Shown here: in pieces, positions 19,990-30,525 of the stretch
Position numbering within the stretch: position 1 is the first letter of the stretch
How the letters are laid out: each line of letters opens with the position of its first letter
NCBI GenBank assembly: GCA_965250085.1
Contig: OZ252287.1
Location: 608,001 to 672,000, forward strand
DNA: 64,000 nt
Direction: 5' to 3'
Source: Candidatus Altimarinota bacterium
GTDB lineage: Bacteria > Patescibacteriota > Gracilibacteria > CAIRYL01
Made by a program: the position numbers and the translations under genes
Notes under the pieces: model-generated
What the model saw: only the letters and a program-made list of their open reading frames with translations
Database searches by the model: none
Told to the model about the DNA's origin: nothing

Positions 19990-20724
19990 TCATCGCATTC
20001 CTTCAGTAATTTCCATCCGCCGTTTGCCTGCTTGTTGAGCAAGATGAGCAATATCTCCATCTCCTGTTGACTCCACATATGCAATGGTTTGATTAATTTT
20101 TGCAAGCCTCTGCTGAACATAGTATATTTCCTGTTCAGAACCTCGTGACTCTTCTCCTTCTAAAAAAATAAGTTTCTCTTTCATAAGTTCTGCATATTTT
20201 TTAAGGATATTCAGGTTACGTGGGCTTTTGAAAAGTAATTTTTTTGCTTTTTTCTCTTCATCATCAAAATGTTGTACCTGAAATCTGTACGCTGTTTTTT
20301 GTATTTCTATTTCTAAATCTCGTAGCTTGTTGACGAGGTATTCTTTTCCATTCACATCACTATGATTTACTGCCACTCGAATCAATTGGCGTATTTCTTC
20401 AGGTGATTGAGCTTTAGAAAAAACTTCTTGAGCTCTTGCCCGCTGATCCATAGTATACAAAACATTTACCAGAGCTGGTTCAAGATTTTGAGTATTGTTA
20501 TTGCTTTGAATACCAGCAATACGCCGGCAAACAGATATGGCCTGGAGTGGTTGTATGCGAAATAAAATTTTTGCTTTCTCTTGAAGAAGTGGTACATCAT
20601 CAGGACATTGCTGCAGACGCTGATCTATCGACTGTAACCTTGAGCCAGGTGCCAGATTGTCCCTGGGAAGATTTCCTATGTTGTCGAGACTTCCAAGGTT
20701 ATTGAGTCCTTTAATCCTTTTCAT
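19990..20724 (-). CDS. Hypothetical helical/TPR-like protein
   Basis: 244 aa ORF with AAGGAG upstream and a TTGACT/TAAAAT promoter. Confidence 0.6.
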   Translation of the reverse strand: MKRIKGLNNLGSLDNIGNLPRDNLAPGSRLQSIDQRLQQCPDDVPLLQEKAKILFRIQPLQAISVCRRIAGIQSNNNTQNLEPALVNVLYTMDQRARAQEVFSKAQSPEEIRQLIRVAVNHSDVNGKEYLVNKLRDLEIEIQKTAYRFQVQHFDDEEKKAKKLLFKSPRNLNILKKYAELMKEKLIFLEGEESRGSEQEIYYVQQRLAKINQTIAYVESTGDGDIAHLAQQAGKRRMEITEGMR

Positions 20725-20815
20725 TCTCCTTTGTTGGTTAACGTTAAAATAGTCTTGCTATATTAAGACATGACTTATTTTACCTATTTTTATTATTTAG
20801 TCAAATGTCCTCGTC

Positions 20816-23800
20816 TTATTCTGTTAAAAATTCAAATACTCCTTCTTTTGCATCGTCTCCCCAAATATTCTTTGGAGTAAAGTCCAAGTTTTGAATTCGT
20901 TTCCAGACCAGTCGAATCTCTTCTTTGAGACTTTCTTTTTCTTGTTCGGTGATCTCAAACGAAAGCTTTTTAAATGCTCCTGAGGTGTTGGGAATGAGAA
21001 AATCGATCTCAAAGATTTCTGCTCTATACTCAAATCGTGGAGAAAGATCACAAAGTAGTGAATAAAATACAAGCTGACGAAAATATCTTCCGGCAGTAAT
21101 ATCATTTGCATCTGACTCGCGTATTCCACGTATTTGATTTTCTGATTTTGGGGAAGTGGCTTTGTAATCAATCACTTTTACCGTCTTGTTTTGCTCAGAA
21201 ATCCATTCGATCTTATCGAGCTTACCCGTAAGCGGAATACCGCCATCCAGCATGACCTGGTGTGATCTGAAATTCATTTCTGTTTTGAGTGCTGGCATAA
21301 AGCTTCCCGTGTATTCAGTGAGATAATTTTTGAGAATCTCTTTTCCTTCTTCCTCAATTCGATTTCTATCTTCTGTACTCAGGACTTGTCTCTTGAGTGC
21401 GCCAAAAAATATACTTTCAGCTTCATCAGAATCTTCTTTCGGAAGATGCTGCACAAAAGCCTCAAGAGCCCTGTGTAGTGCTGTACCAAGCACTGCCGCA
21501 GGATGTTTGACCTCAGGAATTCTGAGAATATATTCCCAGAGGAATTTTTGTGGATTTTCTCGATAGCTTTCAAAGGCACTATGAGAGAGGAGAAAATTCT
21601 CTGGTTGGAGTGACCGTTCTATAAATTCTTTTGGAAATACAGAAGATTTGGGAGAAGACATCATTTGGTTTTTTATAATTTCAAATGCCGTATTAGATTC
21701 TTCAGATACTGATTCGACTTGCTCGACTGCATCTGGAGGAATTTCTGAAAAAAATCGAGATTCAGATTTCTCTCTATTTTGACCATCAAACTGACTTCGA
21801 GACAGAAATAAGAATTTCTTTGCACGGGTGCAGGCTGTGTAAAAAAGCCTGCGCTCTTCTTCATTTTCATCCCTTTCATGTTCAAATTGTAAAATTTCTT
21901 CTGGCACATGGATTTTGGATATTTTTCGCCTATCTCCCCATTTTCCCTTTTGTCCATGAAGGAGAAACACTGCTTCAAACTCGAGTCCCTTGGCCCTATG
22001 TGCTGTTAAAATCTGCACTGATTCTGCAGAAGAAATCACATCACGTTCGCTCAGCGGAAGCCCAAACTCCTCTCTGAGTTCTATTCTTTGGAGAAATCCT
22101 GCAAGTGAAGCATTTTTATTCTTTTGACAAAAATTTTTGAGATCCATAAAAAGCGCATTGAGATGGTTCAAATTCTGTATGTGTTCTGAAGAGAGAGATG
22201 TGCTCGTTTTTTCTGCGGTAACCATGTCCAGGATTCCGCTTTCGGTAAGCATTACTTGAAACCATTCGAGCAATGACAGTTCTTTCAAGCTTTTTTGCCA
22301 TTTGAGTATATGATCAAAAAATATAGTGAATCCATTTGAAACTTCGCGTGTTGCAGAAGAAAAATATTGCCAAAACTTTCCAGAGTCTTTTACTTCATCT
22401 CGCACTTCTCTCCAAAGATTCCAAATATCCTTCATTTCTAATGAAAAAAATGGATAGTGGAGGCATTCAAAAAATAAGGTGTCATTTTCTGGATTGAGCA
22501 CAAGTTTCAAAAGATTCAATACTTGCCTCGTGATCTGGCTCTGAAGTGCATTGCCTCTACCAGAGAAAATTGCCGGCACTTTTCGCTTTTTGAGGAGATC
22601 AAGAATTTCAAATCCTTCTGCGTTTGTACGGACGAGAATTGCTATTTCTGAATATGAGATGTCTTCTTCTGTACAAAGTTCTTCGATTTTTTGTACGACA
22701 AAGTTATGTTCCTGCTCTTCATGAGAAAATATGTGCATTTGTGGAAGTTCTTTTTCCTTTCGAAGTGCAGCAGAAATATTTTTTGTGACTTCTGGTATTT
22801 GAATCTCAAGTCTTTCAGTATTATTTTGAATCACTGCTGATGCAAGATTTAAAATGGACTGTGTACTTCGATAGTTTTTGGTAAGACAAATTATTTTGGC
22901 AGAAAGAAATTTTTGACGAAAAGAAAGAATGTTCTCGAGTGATGCTCCTTGAAATCGATAAATTGACTGGTCATCATCTCCCACAGCAAAAATATTGGGG
23001 CTCTCTTCGTCTCCGACAAAAAGCTTCAAGAGTCTCATTTGTGCTCCATTGGTATCTTGTAATTCATCTGCGAGCACAAAAAGGTATCTCTCACGAAGTG
23101 TCCAGAGGAGATCTTCATCTTCCTGAAGCAGCTGTAAAACAAACAGAATCATGTCGTCAAAGTCGTACTGACCCTCTCTTTCGAGAAGTTCCTGATACTC
23201 AGTGTAGACTTTGTGTAATTCCACGCTTTTTTGCACATTTTTCTCTTGTTTCAAGTATTTCCCCTTCATTTTTCCTGTTTTGATATTTATTTTTTCTGAC
23301 TCTGGAATATTTTCAAATTCTTTTTGTTCCTGGAGGGCAAGATTTTTGAAAACACCTGGGTCAATACCCTCTTTTTTGAGATGAGAAATAGTAGACGCAA
23401 TTTCACGTAGGAAAAAATTTGGATTGTAGAGTGGTTTTAAATATTTGAGGTTTAGCGAGGTAAGTATTTTCTTGAGTATCTGAAGTTTTTCCAGTTCATC
23501 CAGCACTTCTAGATTTTTGGCAAAAAAGAATTTCTCTGGAAATTCAGAAATTATTTCCTGGCAAAATCCATGAAATGTAGCGATGTGAACTGAATGTGCG
23601 GTACTGCCAATAAAATCTGTGAGGCGTTTGCGCATGGCGATTGCCCCACTTTCTGTAAATGTGAGTGCGAGTATGCTGCGCGGATCAGTATCTGTTTTTT
23701 GCAGAATATTTGCGATCCTCAGGGCCAGTACCTGTGTCTTTCCTGTTCCAGGACCAGCTACTACGAGCACTGGACCATGAAGCGTTTCCACTGCTTTTTC

Positions 23801-23905
23801 TTGTGCAGTATTGAGTGCCTCAAATGCCTGCTGAAACTTTTGTGTATCAGAACTCATGAGTACGGGGAGTATACTTATTTTGTGGTCAGAAATGAAGAAA
23901 CTCAT
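20816..23905 (-). CDS. UvrD/PcrA-family helicase fused to a PD-(D/E)xK nuclease
   Basis: AGPGTGKT, DELQD, GDDDQSIY, AKGLEF and EERRLFY; C-terminal GKLDKI...IDYK. Confidence 0.92.
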   Translation of the reverse strand: MSFFISDHKISILPVLMSSDTQKFQQAFEALNTAQEKAVETLHGPVLVVAGPGTGKTQVLALRIANILQKTDTDPRSILALTFTESGAIAMRKRLTDFIGSTAHSVHIATFHGFCQEIISEFPEKFFFAKNLEVLDELEKLQILKKILTSLNLKYLKPLYNPNFFLREIASTISHLKKEGIDPGVFKNLALQEQKEFENIPESEKINIKTGKMKGKYLKQEKNVQKSVELHKVYTEYQELLEREGQYDFDDMILFVLQLLQEDEDLLWTLRERYLFVLADELQDTNGAQMRLLKLFVGDEESPNIFAVGDDDQSIYRFQGASLENILSFRQKFLSAKIICLTKNYRSTQSILNLASAVIQNNTERLEIQIPEVTKNISAALRKEKELPQMHIFSHEEQEHNFVVQKIEELCTEEDISYSEIAILVRTNAEGFEILDLLKKRKVPAIFSGRGNALQSQITRQVLNLLKLVLNPENDTLFFECLHYPFFSLEMKDIWNLWREVRDEVKDSGKFWQYFSSATREVSNGFTIFFDHILKWQKSLKELSLLEWFQVMLTESGILDMVTAEKTSTSLSSEHIQNLNHLNALFMDLKNFCQKNKNASLAGFLQRIELREEFGLPLSERDVISSAESVQILTAHRAKGLEFEAVFLLHGQKGKWGDRRKISKIHVPEEILQFEHERDENEEERRLFYTACTRAKKFLFLSRSQFDGQNREKSESRFFSEIPPDAVEQVESVSEESNTAFEIIKNQMMSSPKSSVFPKEFIERSLQPENFLLSHSAFESYRENPQKFLWEYILRIPEVKHPAAVLGTALHRALEAFVQHLPKEDSDEAESIFFGALKRQVLSTEDRNRIEEEGKEILKNYLTEYTGSFMPALKTEMNFRSHQVMLDGGIPLTGKLDKIEWISEQNKTVKVIDYKATSPKSENQIRGIRESDANDITAGRYFRQLVFYSLLCDLSPRFEYRAEIFEIDFLIPNTSGAFKKLSFEITEQEKESLKEEIRLVWKRIQNLDFTPKNIWGDDAKEGVFEFLTE

Positions 23906-23956
23906 TGCTGAGTACTTACTTTTTCCTTAGAATCCTAAGCGTTTTCGCATCATATA

Positions 23957-25219
23957 ATGCTTGATATTAAAGCAATCCGAACAAGCCCTGATGATTTTAA
24001 AAAATCTTTGAAACGCAAGGGGGTTGATTCTCAAAAAATTGGCGAGCTCTTAACGGCAGACGAACAACGAAGAAGATTGCTACAAGAAGTAGAAGTAGCA
24101 AGTGCTCAACAAAACGAGGTTTCTAAAAAAATTCCCAATCTTTCTGGAAAAGAAAAAGAGAAAGTGCTTGGAGAAATGAAATCTCTTTCTGATGCAAAGA
24201 AGCAAAAGGAAGAGGAGCTTGAAAAGATTGAAATAAAATATATAGCTCTCCTCGAATCTCTGCCAAATCCTCCCGATGCTTCTGCTCCCGATGGCAAAAG
24301 CGAAGAAGATAATGTGGTCCTCAGAAAAGAAGGTGATATGCCTCAGTTTGATTTTGAACCAAAAGAGCATTGGGAACTTGCAGAAGATCTTGAGCTTCTT
24401 GATATGGAGCGTGGTGCAAAGGTCAGTGGAGCTCGTTTCTTTTTTATGAGAAATGAACTCGCTATTCTTCAGATGGCACTCATGAATTGGGCTTTTCTCC
24501 GTGTTGCAGAAAAGGGGTTTTCCCCAACTATTCCTCCATTTATGACACGAAAAGATGCAATTTATGGTACTGGGTTTTTGGAAAAAGATGAGAATTACAT
24601 AGTAAATCCTGGTGAAGATGATCTGTATCTTATCGGCACTTCTGAAGTGCCATTGACGAGTTTTCATGCAGGTGAGATTTTGAACGAGAAGAATCTGCCG
24701 ATAAAACTCGCTGGGTATTCACCATGTTTTCGGCGTGAAGCCGGATCATATGGAAAAGATATGAAAGGGATTCTAAGGGTTCATCAGTTTGAAAAAATTG
24801 AAATGGTCATTCTCTGCACACCAGAGCAAAGCACACAGATGCACGAACTCATTCGCGAAACTGAGGAAGAGCTTATGAAAGAGCTCGGCATCCCCTATCA
24901 GGTAGTCAATGTGTGTGCAGGCGATCTTGGAAGTTCAGCAATAAAAAAATACGATCTGGAGGCATGGTTGCCTGGGCAGGGAAAATACAGGGAAATGACT
25001 TCAACTTCGACTTGTACTGATTATCAAACAAGACGTCTTGGTATTAGATATCGAACTCAGTCAGGAAAAACAGAGTTCGCCCATAGTCTCAATGGTACTG
25101 CTGTTTCTTCTAGGCCTCTTATAGCTATTTTGGAAAACTTTCAACACAAAGATGGATCTATTGATATCCCAAAATGTCTTATCCCTTTTACCGGGTTCCA
25201 AAAAATAGAGAAAAAATAG
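23957..25219 (+). CDS. serS: Serine-tRNA ligase
   Basis: GAKVSG, GTSE, FRREAG, RVHQF and HSLNGT. Confidence 0.98.
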   Translation: MLDIKAIRTSPDDFKKSLKRKGVDSQKIGELLTADEQRRRLLQEVEVASAQQNEVSKKIPNLSGKEKEKVLGEMKSLSDAKKQKEEELEKIEIKYIALLESLPNPPDASAPDGKSEEDNVVLRKEGDMPQFDFEPKEHWELAEDLELLDMERGAKVSGARFFFMRNELAILQMALMNWAFLRVAEKGFSPTIPPFMTRKDAIYGTGFLEKDENYIVNPGEDDLYLIGTSEVPLTSFHAGEILNEKNLPIKLAGYSPCFRREAGSYGKDMKGILRVHQFEKIEMVILCTPEQSTQMHELIRETEEELMKELGIPYQVVNVCAGDLGSSAIKKYDLEAWLPGQGKYREMTSTSTCTDYQTRRLGIRYRTQSGKTEFAHSLNGTAVSSRPLIAILENFQHKDGSIDIPKCLIPFTGFQKIEKK

Positions 25220-25256
25220 AAGATCGCATCATGTTTCTAAATGATATTATTCTAGA

Positions 25257-25982
25257 TTACGCTTTTTGCTTTTTGGGGATTTTTGTACTCTCCCACATGT
25301 ATCCTCTTTCTCGAATGGTTCTTAGATGTGTTGAGATTTCTTTTCCGAGAAGTTTTTTCAAGTGTGTCATGTGTACTCTCAATTTATTCTTTTGATCTTC
25401 TTCTCGAGAATTGTCTTCACCCCATACATACGAAATAAGACTTTGATATGTCAAAGGTATATCGGGTTTTTGTAAAAATCTTTTTAGGAGAGTAAAGAGT
25501 ATGTTGCTGGGATACATTTCACGATCTCCAATAATAACCTTACGAAGATCTAAATCCATTTTAACTCCATCATGTTCAAGTACATTTGTGGAATTTTTAT
25601 CACAATGGAATCCTCTTCTTGCAGCCGCTTTTATACGAGCAATAACCTCCTTTGGCTTCCATGGTTTTTTAATAAAATCATCTCCACCAACATCAAGTGC
25701 ATCCCATGGAGTAATTTCATCTATTTTGCGTGCTGTAAGAAAAATAACTGGTGTTTGAATATTTTCTTTCCGTATCTCTTTTATAAGATGGATGCCTTGT
25801 TTCGCATTTTTTTCAGAAGAAAGATAATAATCACATACAATAACATCAAAATTGTCTTTTGTGAGTTTTTGTTTCGCTTCATCGTATGTTTCTGCGGTAT
25901 CGATATCCCATCCTTGCTTCTCAAGATACAACTTTATATTGCGCAAAACAGAAGGCTGATCGTCAATAACAAATACTTTCAT
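25257..25982 (-). CDS. OmpR-family response regulator
   Basis: VIDD, VCD, LTA and DDFIKKP receiver motifs; winged-helix TIRERGY. Confidence 0.9.
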   Translation of the reverse strand: MKVFVIDDQPSVLRNIKLYLEKQGWDIDTAETYDEAKQKLTKDNFDVIVCDYYLSSEKNAKQGIHLIKEIRKENIQTPVIFLTARKIDEITPWDALDVGGDDFIKKPWKPKEVIARIKAAARRGFHCDKNSTNVLEHDGVKMDLDLRKVIIGDREMYPSNILFTLLKRFLQKPDIPLTYQSLISYVWGEDNSREEDQKNKLRVHMTHLKKLLGKEISTHLRTIRERGYMWESTKIPKKQKA

Positions 25983-26084
25983 GGAAATAGGGGGTAAAAA
26001 CTTCTGTTTATTATAGAAGCATCTCTCCCAAATTTGCAAATATTAAGACTTTGTTAATATGAACTTTCTATTGGTATTCTACAA

Positions 26085-26663
26085 TTATAGTTCAACTTCA
26101 ATAAACTTTTGCACAAAAGTAACTTTTTTTTCTTCCGCGCCAAAAAGATAGAGCCCTATTTGATATGCGAGTTCTCCATTGTAAAGATTTTCTTTTTGGA
26201 GGCTTTGAGAAATATTTTTGGGCATGAGTTCCTTTTTTGGAGAAAAGTCATGCTGAACGATCAACTTGCAAGGCTCTTTTACAGAGATTCTTACAAAAGA
26301 TGATTTTTGAAAGAGTTTTTGCAGAATATACCTCAGAGCTGTCTCAAAGTAATGACGATCCACAGTAACTTCTACTGTAGGATCGATGTCGACAGTAAGT
26401 TGTATGTAATGAGAAATGATGGTGTCTTCAAGTCCGACGAGAAGAATATCTATGATTTCTCGAAGACACTGCTTTTGTGGAAAGTATTCTGGTTTCTCTC
26501 CGAGTAATATTTCTTCATGCTCAATAAGGACCACTGCAGCCTCAATCAACGGTTGAATTTTTTCTTTACTTCCTGAGAAATGATCGTTTTCTTCACAAAC
26601 CAAAGAAAGAATTGTGCAAATATTGAGAAGTTCATGACGGATAAACTGTTTAGAATCATTCAT
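26085..26663 (-). CDS. Degenerate histidine-kinase-like protein (DHp His, no G-boxes)
   Basis: FIRHELLN H-box and HATPase-like strands (VTVDRHYFETAL), lacking the N, G1 and G2 boxes. Confidence 0.6.
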   Translation of the reverse strand: MNDSKQFIRHELLNICTILSLVCEENDHFSGSKEKIQPLIEAAVVLIEHEEILLGEKPEYFPQKQCLREIIDILLVGLEDTIISHYIQLTVDIDPTVEVTVDRHYFETALRYILQKLFQKSSFVRISVKEPCKLIVQHDFSPKKELMPKNISQSLQKENLYNGELAYQIGLYLFGAEEKKVTFVQKFIEVEL

Positions 26664-26790
26664 ACAGAGAATATATGGGATTCTCTTTAAAAAAACTAGT
26701 ATTTGACTTTGTCTATGATCATGAATGTTAGATATTGTGTTTTTAAGCGGTTTAGATGTATATTGCATTCATACAACTCCATATGCAAAT

Positions 26791-27498
26791 ATGAATATTC
26801 TTATCGTGGAAGACGAGGTACCTATAGCACTCTTCGTTCAGAGGATTCTCAAAAAAGTTTCTGTGAGTAATCTTATTGATACCGCTCAGGGTTTCCAGGA
26901 AGCTTTTTCAAAGTTGTTTTCTGATATTTTTGATGTCGTTATCATTGATATTGATTTGGGAAAAGAAAAGCGAACTGGCATTGATCTTTGTGAAATCATC
27001 AGGTCTCGAGATAAATATATCCCAATAATCATTCTTACTGGATTTCACTCTCTTTCGTATATAGAAAAATCTTTTCTTGCGGGTGCAAATGATTACATCA
27101 CAAAGCCATTTCGTCCACGAGAATTAGAATTGAGGGTAGAAAGATGGAAAAAAATTTCGAACCGTAAAAAAGTTGAACAAAACATGGAGTATGAAGAACT
27201 CTCCTATGATATACAAAAAAACGAATTTTTTTTTAAGCATGAAAAACTGAATCTCACAAAAAGAAATAAAGAATTGCTTCTCTTATTTCTCAAAAACCCA
27301 GAAAGCATGCTTTCCTCCCAGTATATCAGAGCAAAATTCTGGGGGGATTCATATGACACGCAAAAGTCACGAAATCTTCGTTCTAATATTCATCTCTTAA
27401 GAAATTCCTTGGAAAACAAATGTGGAAACTGGATTCATACTACGAGGGGTGAGGGATACATATTACAAAAAAACTTTAGCAAATATAATTTTTCTTAA
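26791..27498 (+). CDS. OmpR-family response regulator
   Basis: MNILIVEDE, IID, GANDYITKPF and HTTRGEGY. Confidence 0.92.
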   Translation: MNILIVEDEVPIALFVQRILKKVSVSNLIDTAQGFQEAFSKLFSDIFDVVIIDIDLGKEKRTGIDLCEIIRSRDKYIPIIILTGFHSLSYIEKSFLAGANDYITKPFRPRELELRVERWKKISNRKKVEQNMEYEELSYDIQKNEFFFKHEKLNLTKRNKELLLLFLKNPESMLSSQYIRAKFWGDSYDTQKSRNLRSNIHLLRNSLENKCGNWIHTTRGEGYILQKNFSKYNFS

Positions 27499-27582
27499 AA
27501 AAATATTAAAAATATGAGGATTTGAATGCATTTAGGTTCAATAGTGCTCTATAGTGCTTGAGGGGAGGACTTACTAAGGTCT

Positions 27583-27972
27583 ATGAATCAAAATACTCTC
27601 AAGCACAAAATACTCATTATCGAAGACGACTCCGTCTTCTGCAAAGAGTGCTGTCAGGTGTTTTCGTCTCAAGAATTTGAAGTACAAGCGAGTACTACGA
27701 GTATGGGTGGTATTGTAAAAGCAGTGGAATTTCGTCCTGATGTGATTCTCTTGGATATCGTGATGCCTGAAGTAGATGGATATGAAATTATTGATGCACT
27801 GAGAAATAATTCAAATATGAATGTCATCATAATCGCCTATAGTAACATTACAGAAAACCTTCAAATACATCGTGCTCTTCAGCTTGGGGCAGATGATTTC
27901 TTTTCGAAAAGCACATGTCCGCCTAGTCAGGCTGTGCAGAAAGTCCAGCATATTTTATCTCAAAAAGCATAA
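27583..27972 (+). CDS. Single-domain response regulator
   Basis: IIEDD, LLDIVMP and GADDFFSK. Confidence 0.9.
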   Translation: MNQNTLKHKILIIEDDSVFCKECCQVFSSQEFEVQASTTSMGGIVKAVEFRPDVILLDIVMPEVDGYEIIDALRNNSNMNVIIIAYSNITENLQIHRALQLGADDFFSKSTCPPSQAVQKVQHILSQKA

Positions 27973-27991
27973 TATTCATTTTTCATCAAAA

Positions 27992-28354
27992 ATGACAAAA
28001 ATTTTATTTTTGGAAGATGAAAAAACCATTGGCCAAATGTACACAGATGCTTTTAAAAAGGCAGGGCATGATATTCTTTGGGTTACAAATGCAGAAGATG
28101 CTGCACTCAAAGCACGTGAATTCTTTGCCGATGTTGTTATTGCAGATTATGGCATTCAGGGTCATAAAATCTCTGGGCTTGATGTTATCCCTCATATTCG
28201 CAAAAATCTTCCTAACGCCCAAATCATCATGCTTTCAAATTATGGAAAATCTCAAATGGAAGAAGATTGTCTGACCGCCGGGGCAAATCATTATCTTCTC
28301 AAAATAGATACCCCACCTAAAAAATTGGTAGAGTATATTGATCACCTCGTCTGA
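27992..28354 (+). CDS. Single-domain response regulator
   Basis: FLEDE, IAD, MLSN and GANHYLLK. Confidence 0.88.
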   Translation: MTKILFLEDEKTIGQMYTDAFKKAGHDILWVTNAEDAALKAREFFADVVIADYGIQGHKISGLDVIPHIRKNLPNAQIIMLSNYGKSQMEEDCLTAGANHYLLKIDTPPKKLVEYIDHLV

Positions 28355-28363
28355 AATATGCCA

Positions 28364-30439
28364 TTATGAGGGGATTAAAAAGCATACAGTAGCTCCTCCC
28401 CCTGGAGTATTTTCCGCCCAAATCTTGCCACTATGGAGTTTTATTATCTTCTTGCAAAGGTAGAGACCCAGTCCTATCCCCATGCCCATGGTGGCATTTG
28501 TGGTCTGAAACTTATCAAAAACGCTTTCTTTATCTCCATCTGTTATTCCATTTCCATTATCTTGAACACAAATCTTTATGTGATTTTTTTCTTTCGAAAG
28601 CACAAGGTTGATTTTTCCGCCTGAAGGAGTAAATTTCATAGCATTTCCCAAAAGATTGTGAAGCACTTGTCGAATCTGTTCTACATCAATAGAGAGAGTC
28701 TGTTTTTTCTTAAGATTATCTTTAAAAGAAAACTTGTAGGACTTTTCCTTCATCAGAGAAGTAAATTCTTCCGTAATTTCCTGAAGAAAATGAGCGATAT
28801 CAATTTCTTGTGAGAAATATTGTATTTTTCCAAGTTCATACTGTTGTACTTCAAAAAATTTTTCTGTGAGATTTTTGAGATCTTCCAACGCACGAGAAAT
28901 AGTTTTTGTGTCTGAGATAAATTCCGTATCTTCCTCATGTGTATCAATTACATCTTGTAGCTTAAATATTGCAATACTCAGAGGTGTCCTGAGCTCATGT
29001 GCCGCAAGAGTCATAAAATCAGACTGTTGCCTTACCAGTGTTTTTAGTTTTTCTGTTTTTTCTCGGATAATGAATTTGAGCATATCTTTTTCTTCTTCAA
29101 AATTATTCTGGAGAAGAATATTCATGAATGTTGTTTCTAGATTTGGAATGCATTCAAGAATGCTCTCAATTTCTTCCTTTGTGTAAGATGCATCTTTTTC
29201 TTTGTATCCCAGTATAAATATTCCAATAAGCTTTTCTTCTGCAAACAGTGGAAAGCAGAGAGCAACATCGAGCTTTTTGAGAGCAAAGAGTTCAACCTCT
29301 CTTCTTTTTTTTGAGACTGGATTTTTCAGAAAGATTTCCTCTGCCACAAGGACTTTCTTCTTCTTTGTTAACCCTTTTGTAAATTGATTTTTCACATAGA
29401 CAGGAACAGCTATGTTTTTTTTCGTATTTCTGAGTACAAAAACTCTTGCATTTGGAATGTTGAGTTTCATTTCAAAAGTTTGATCCAATAAAGATTGGAG
29501 GTGTTTATATGTGGTGCATGCATATATTTTTGTTCGAAACTTTCGAAGAGCGTTTTTAAAATTTCGAAGGTCAGAAGGAAGAAATTGTGGAAATATTTTG
29601 GAAACTTCTACAAAAGCCCCAAGGGCGATCAGCCCACTGATAATATCTCTAAAAACATGGCTCTTCATGAGAGAAAACATACTGATGCCCTGGTACATAA
29701 GGTAGAAGATAACAAGAAATACACTAAGTAATATGATTTTTCTCACAATATTAAGAGTAATGCTGGAGAGATTAAAGAATCTATACCTATGAATTGAATA
29801 AAAACAAGAGATAACAATAGGGGTTATCCAAACATAGCTATAGATAAATTGAGATTGTATGCCAAAAACGGGGAGTATCCCGTTGCTAACAATCAGAATG
29901 CTAATTGCTATAATAAAGACCCAGAAAGCATTTTCAAATTTCAATTTTTCTAAACCTTGTAAGGAATTCATTTTTTTGAATCCAAGAAAAAAGGTGGTAA
30001 TTAGATAAATAAAAACGTGACTCATATAGATCCAGTATGCTTCTCCAAGTTCTACGTTTGGACCTGCCTCTGTCATAACCTCATTTTTATCTACAAGGGG
30101 TGTAAGCGTTGTGAGGATGGAAAACAATATGACCTCTGCAAACACCACCTTCTTGAGCAAAGGCGAGAATTTAATGGTTTCACGGGGAAAATTGTAGAAA
30201 AATAAAGGAAGACCAAAGAAAAAGAACAGACCTACTGCATAGTTGAGTCTGCCTACGAGCAAAAGATGATCTCCCAAATCGAGATATATGTACATGTACA
30301 GTGTTACTGTCCATAGCAACAAGCCAGCAGAGAATATGGCAAAAGATCTATTGATCCATGCTTTCTTGTTTTGCACTAGAGTAATAACAAGCAACACTAG
30401 ATACAAAATAGTCGTAATGATGTATCCAAGTTTCACCAT
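28364..30439 (-). CDS. Membrane histidine kinase (7TM-type sensor, GAF-like linker, HisKA, HATPase)
   Basis: Multi-TM N-terminus, AAHELRTPL, NLLGNAMKF, DNGNG and GIGLGL. Confidence 0.93.
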   Translation of the reverse strand: MVKLGYIITTILYLVLLVITLVQNKKAWINRSFAIFSAGLLLWTVTLYMYIYLDLGDHLLLVGRLNYAVGLFFFFGLPLFFYNFPRETIKFSPLLKKVVFAEVILFSILTTLTPLVDKNEVMTEAGPNVELGEAYWIYMSHVFIYLITTFFLGFKKMNSLQGLEKLKFENAFWVFIIAISILIVSNGILPVFGIQSQFIYSYVWITPIVISCFYSIHRYRFFNLSSITLNIVRKIILLSVFLVIFYLMYQGISMFSLMKSHVFRDIISGLIALGAFVEVSKIFPQFLPSDLRNFKNALRKFRTKIYACTTYKHLQSLLDQTFEMKLNIPNARVFVLRNTKKNIAVPVYVKNQFTKGLTKKKKVLVAEEIFLKNPVSKKRREVELFALKKLDVALCFPLFAEEKLIGIFILGYKEKDASYTKEEIESILECIPNLETTFMNILLQNNFEEEKDMLKFIIREKTEKLKTLVRQQSDFMTLAAHELRTPLSIAIFKLQDVIDTHEEDTEFISDTKTISRALEDLKNLTEKFFEVQQYELGKIQYFSQEIDIAHFLQEITEEFTSLMKEKSYKFSFKDNLKKKQTLSIDVEQIRQVLHNLLGNAMKFTPSGGKINLVLSKEKNHIKICVQDNGNGITDGDKESVFDKFQTTNATMGMGIGLGLYLCKKIIKLHSGKIWAENTPGGGATVCFLIPS

Positions 30440-30525
30440 CTTCTTTGGGTAACGATGATAGGCGAATTGTATCAATTCAAACGGAAAACTCAATTGAAGA
30501 ATTTTCTGTCTGAATATTTGCTCTT

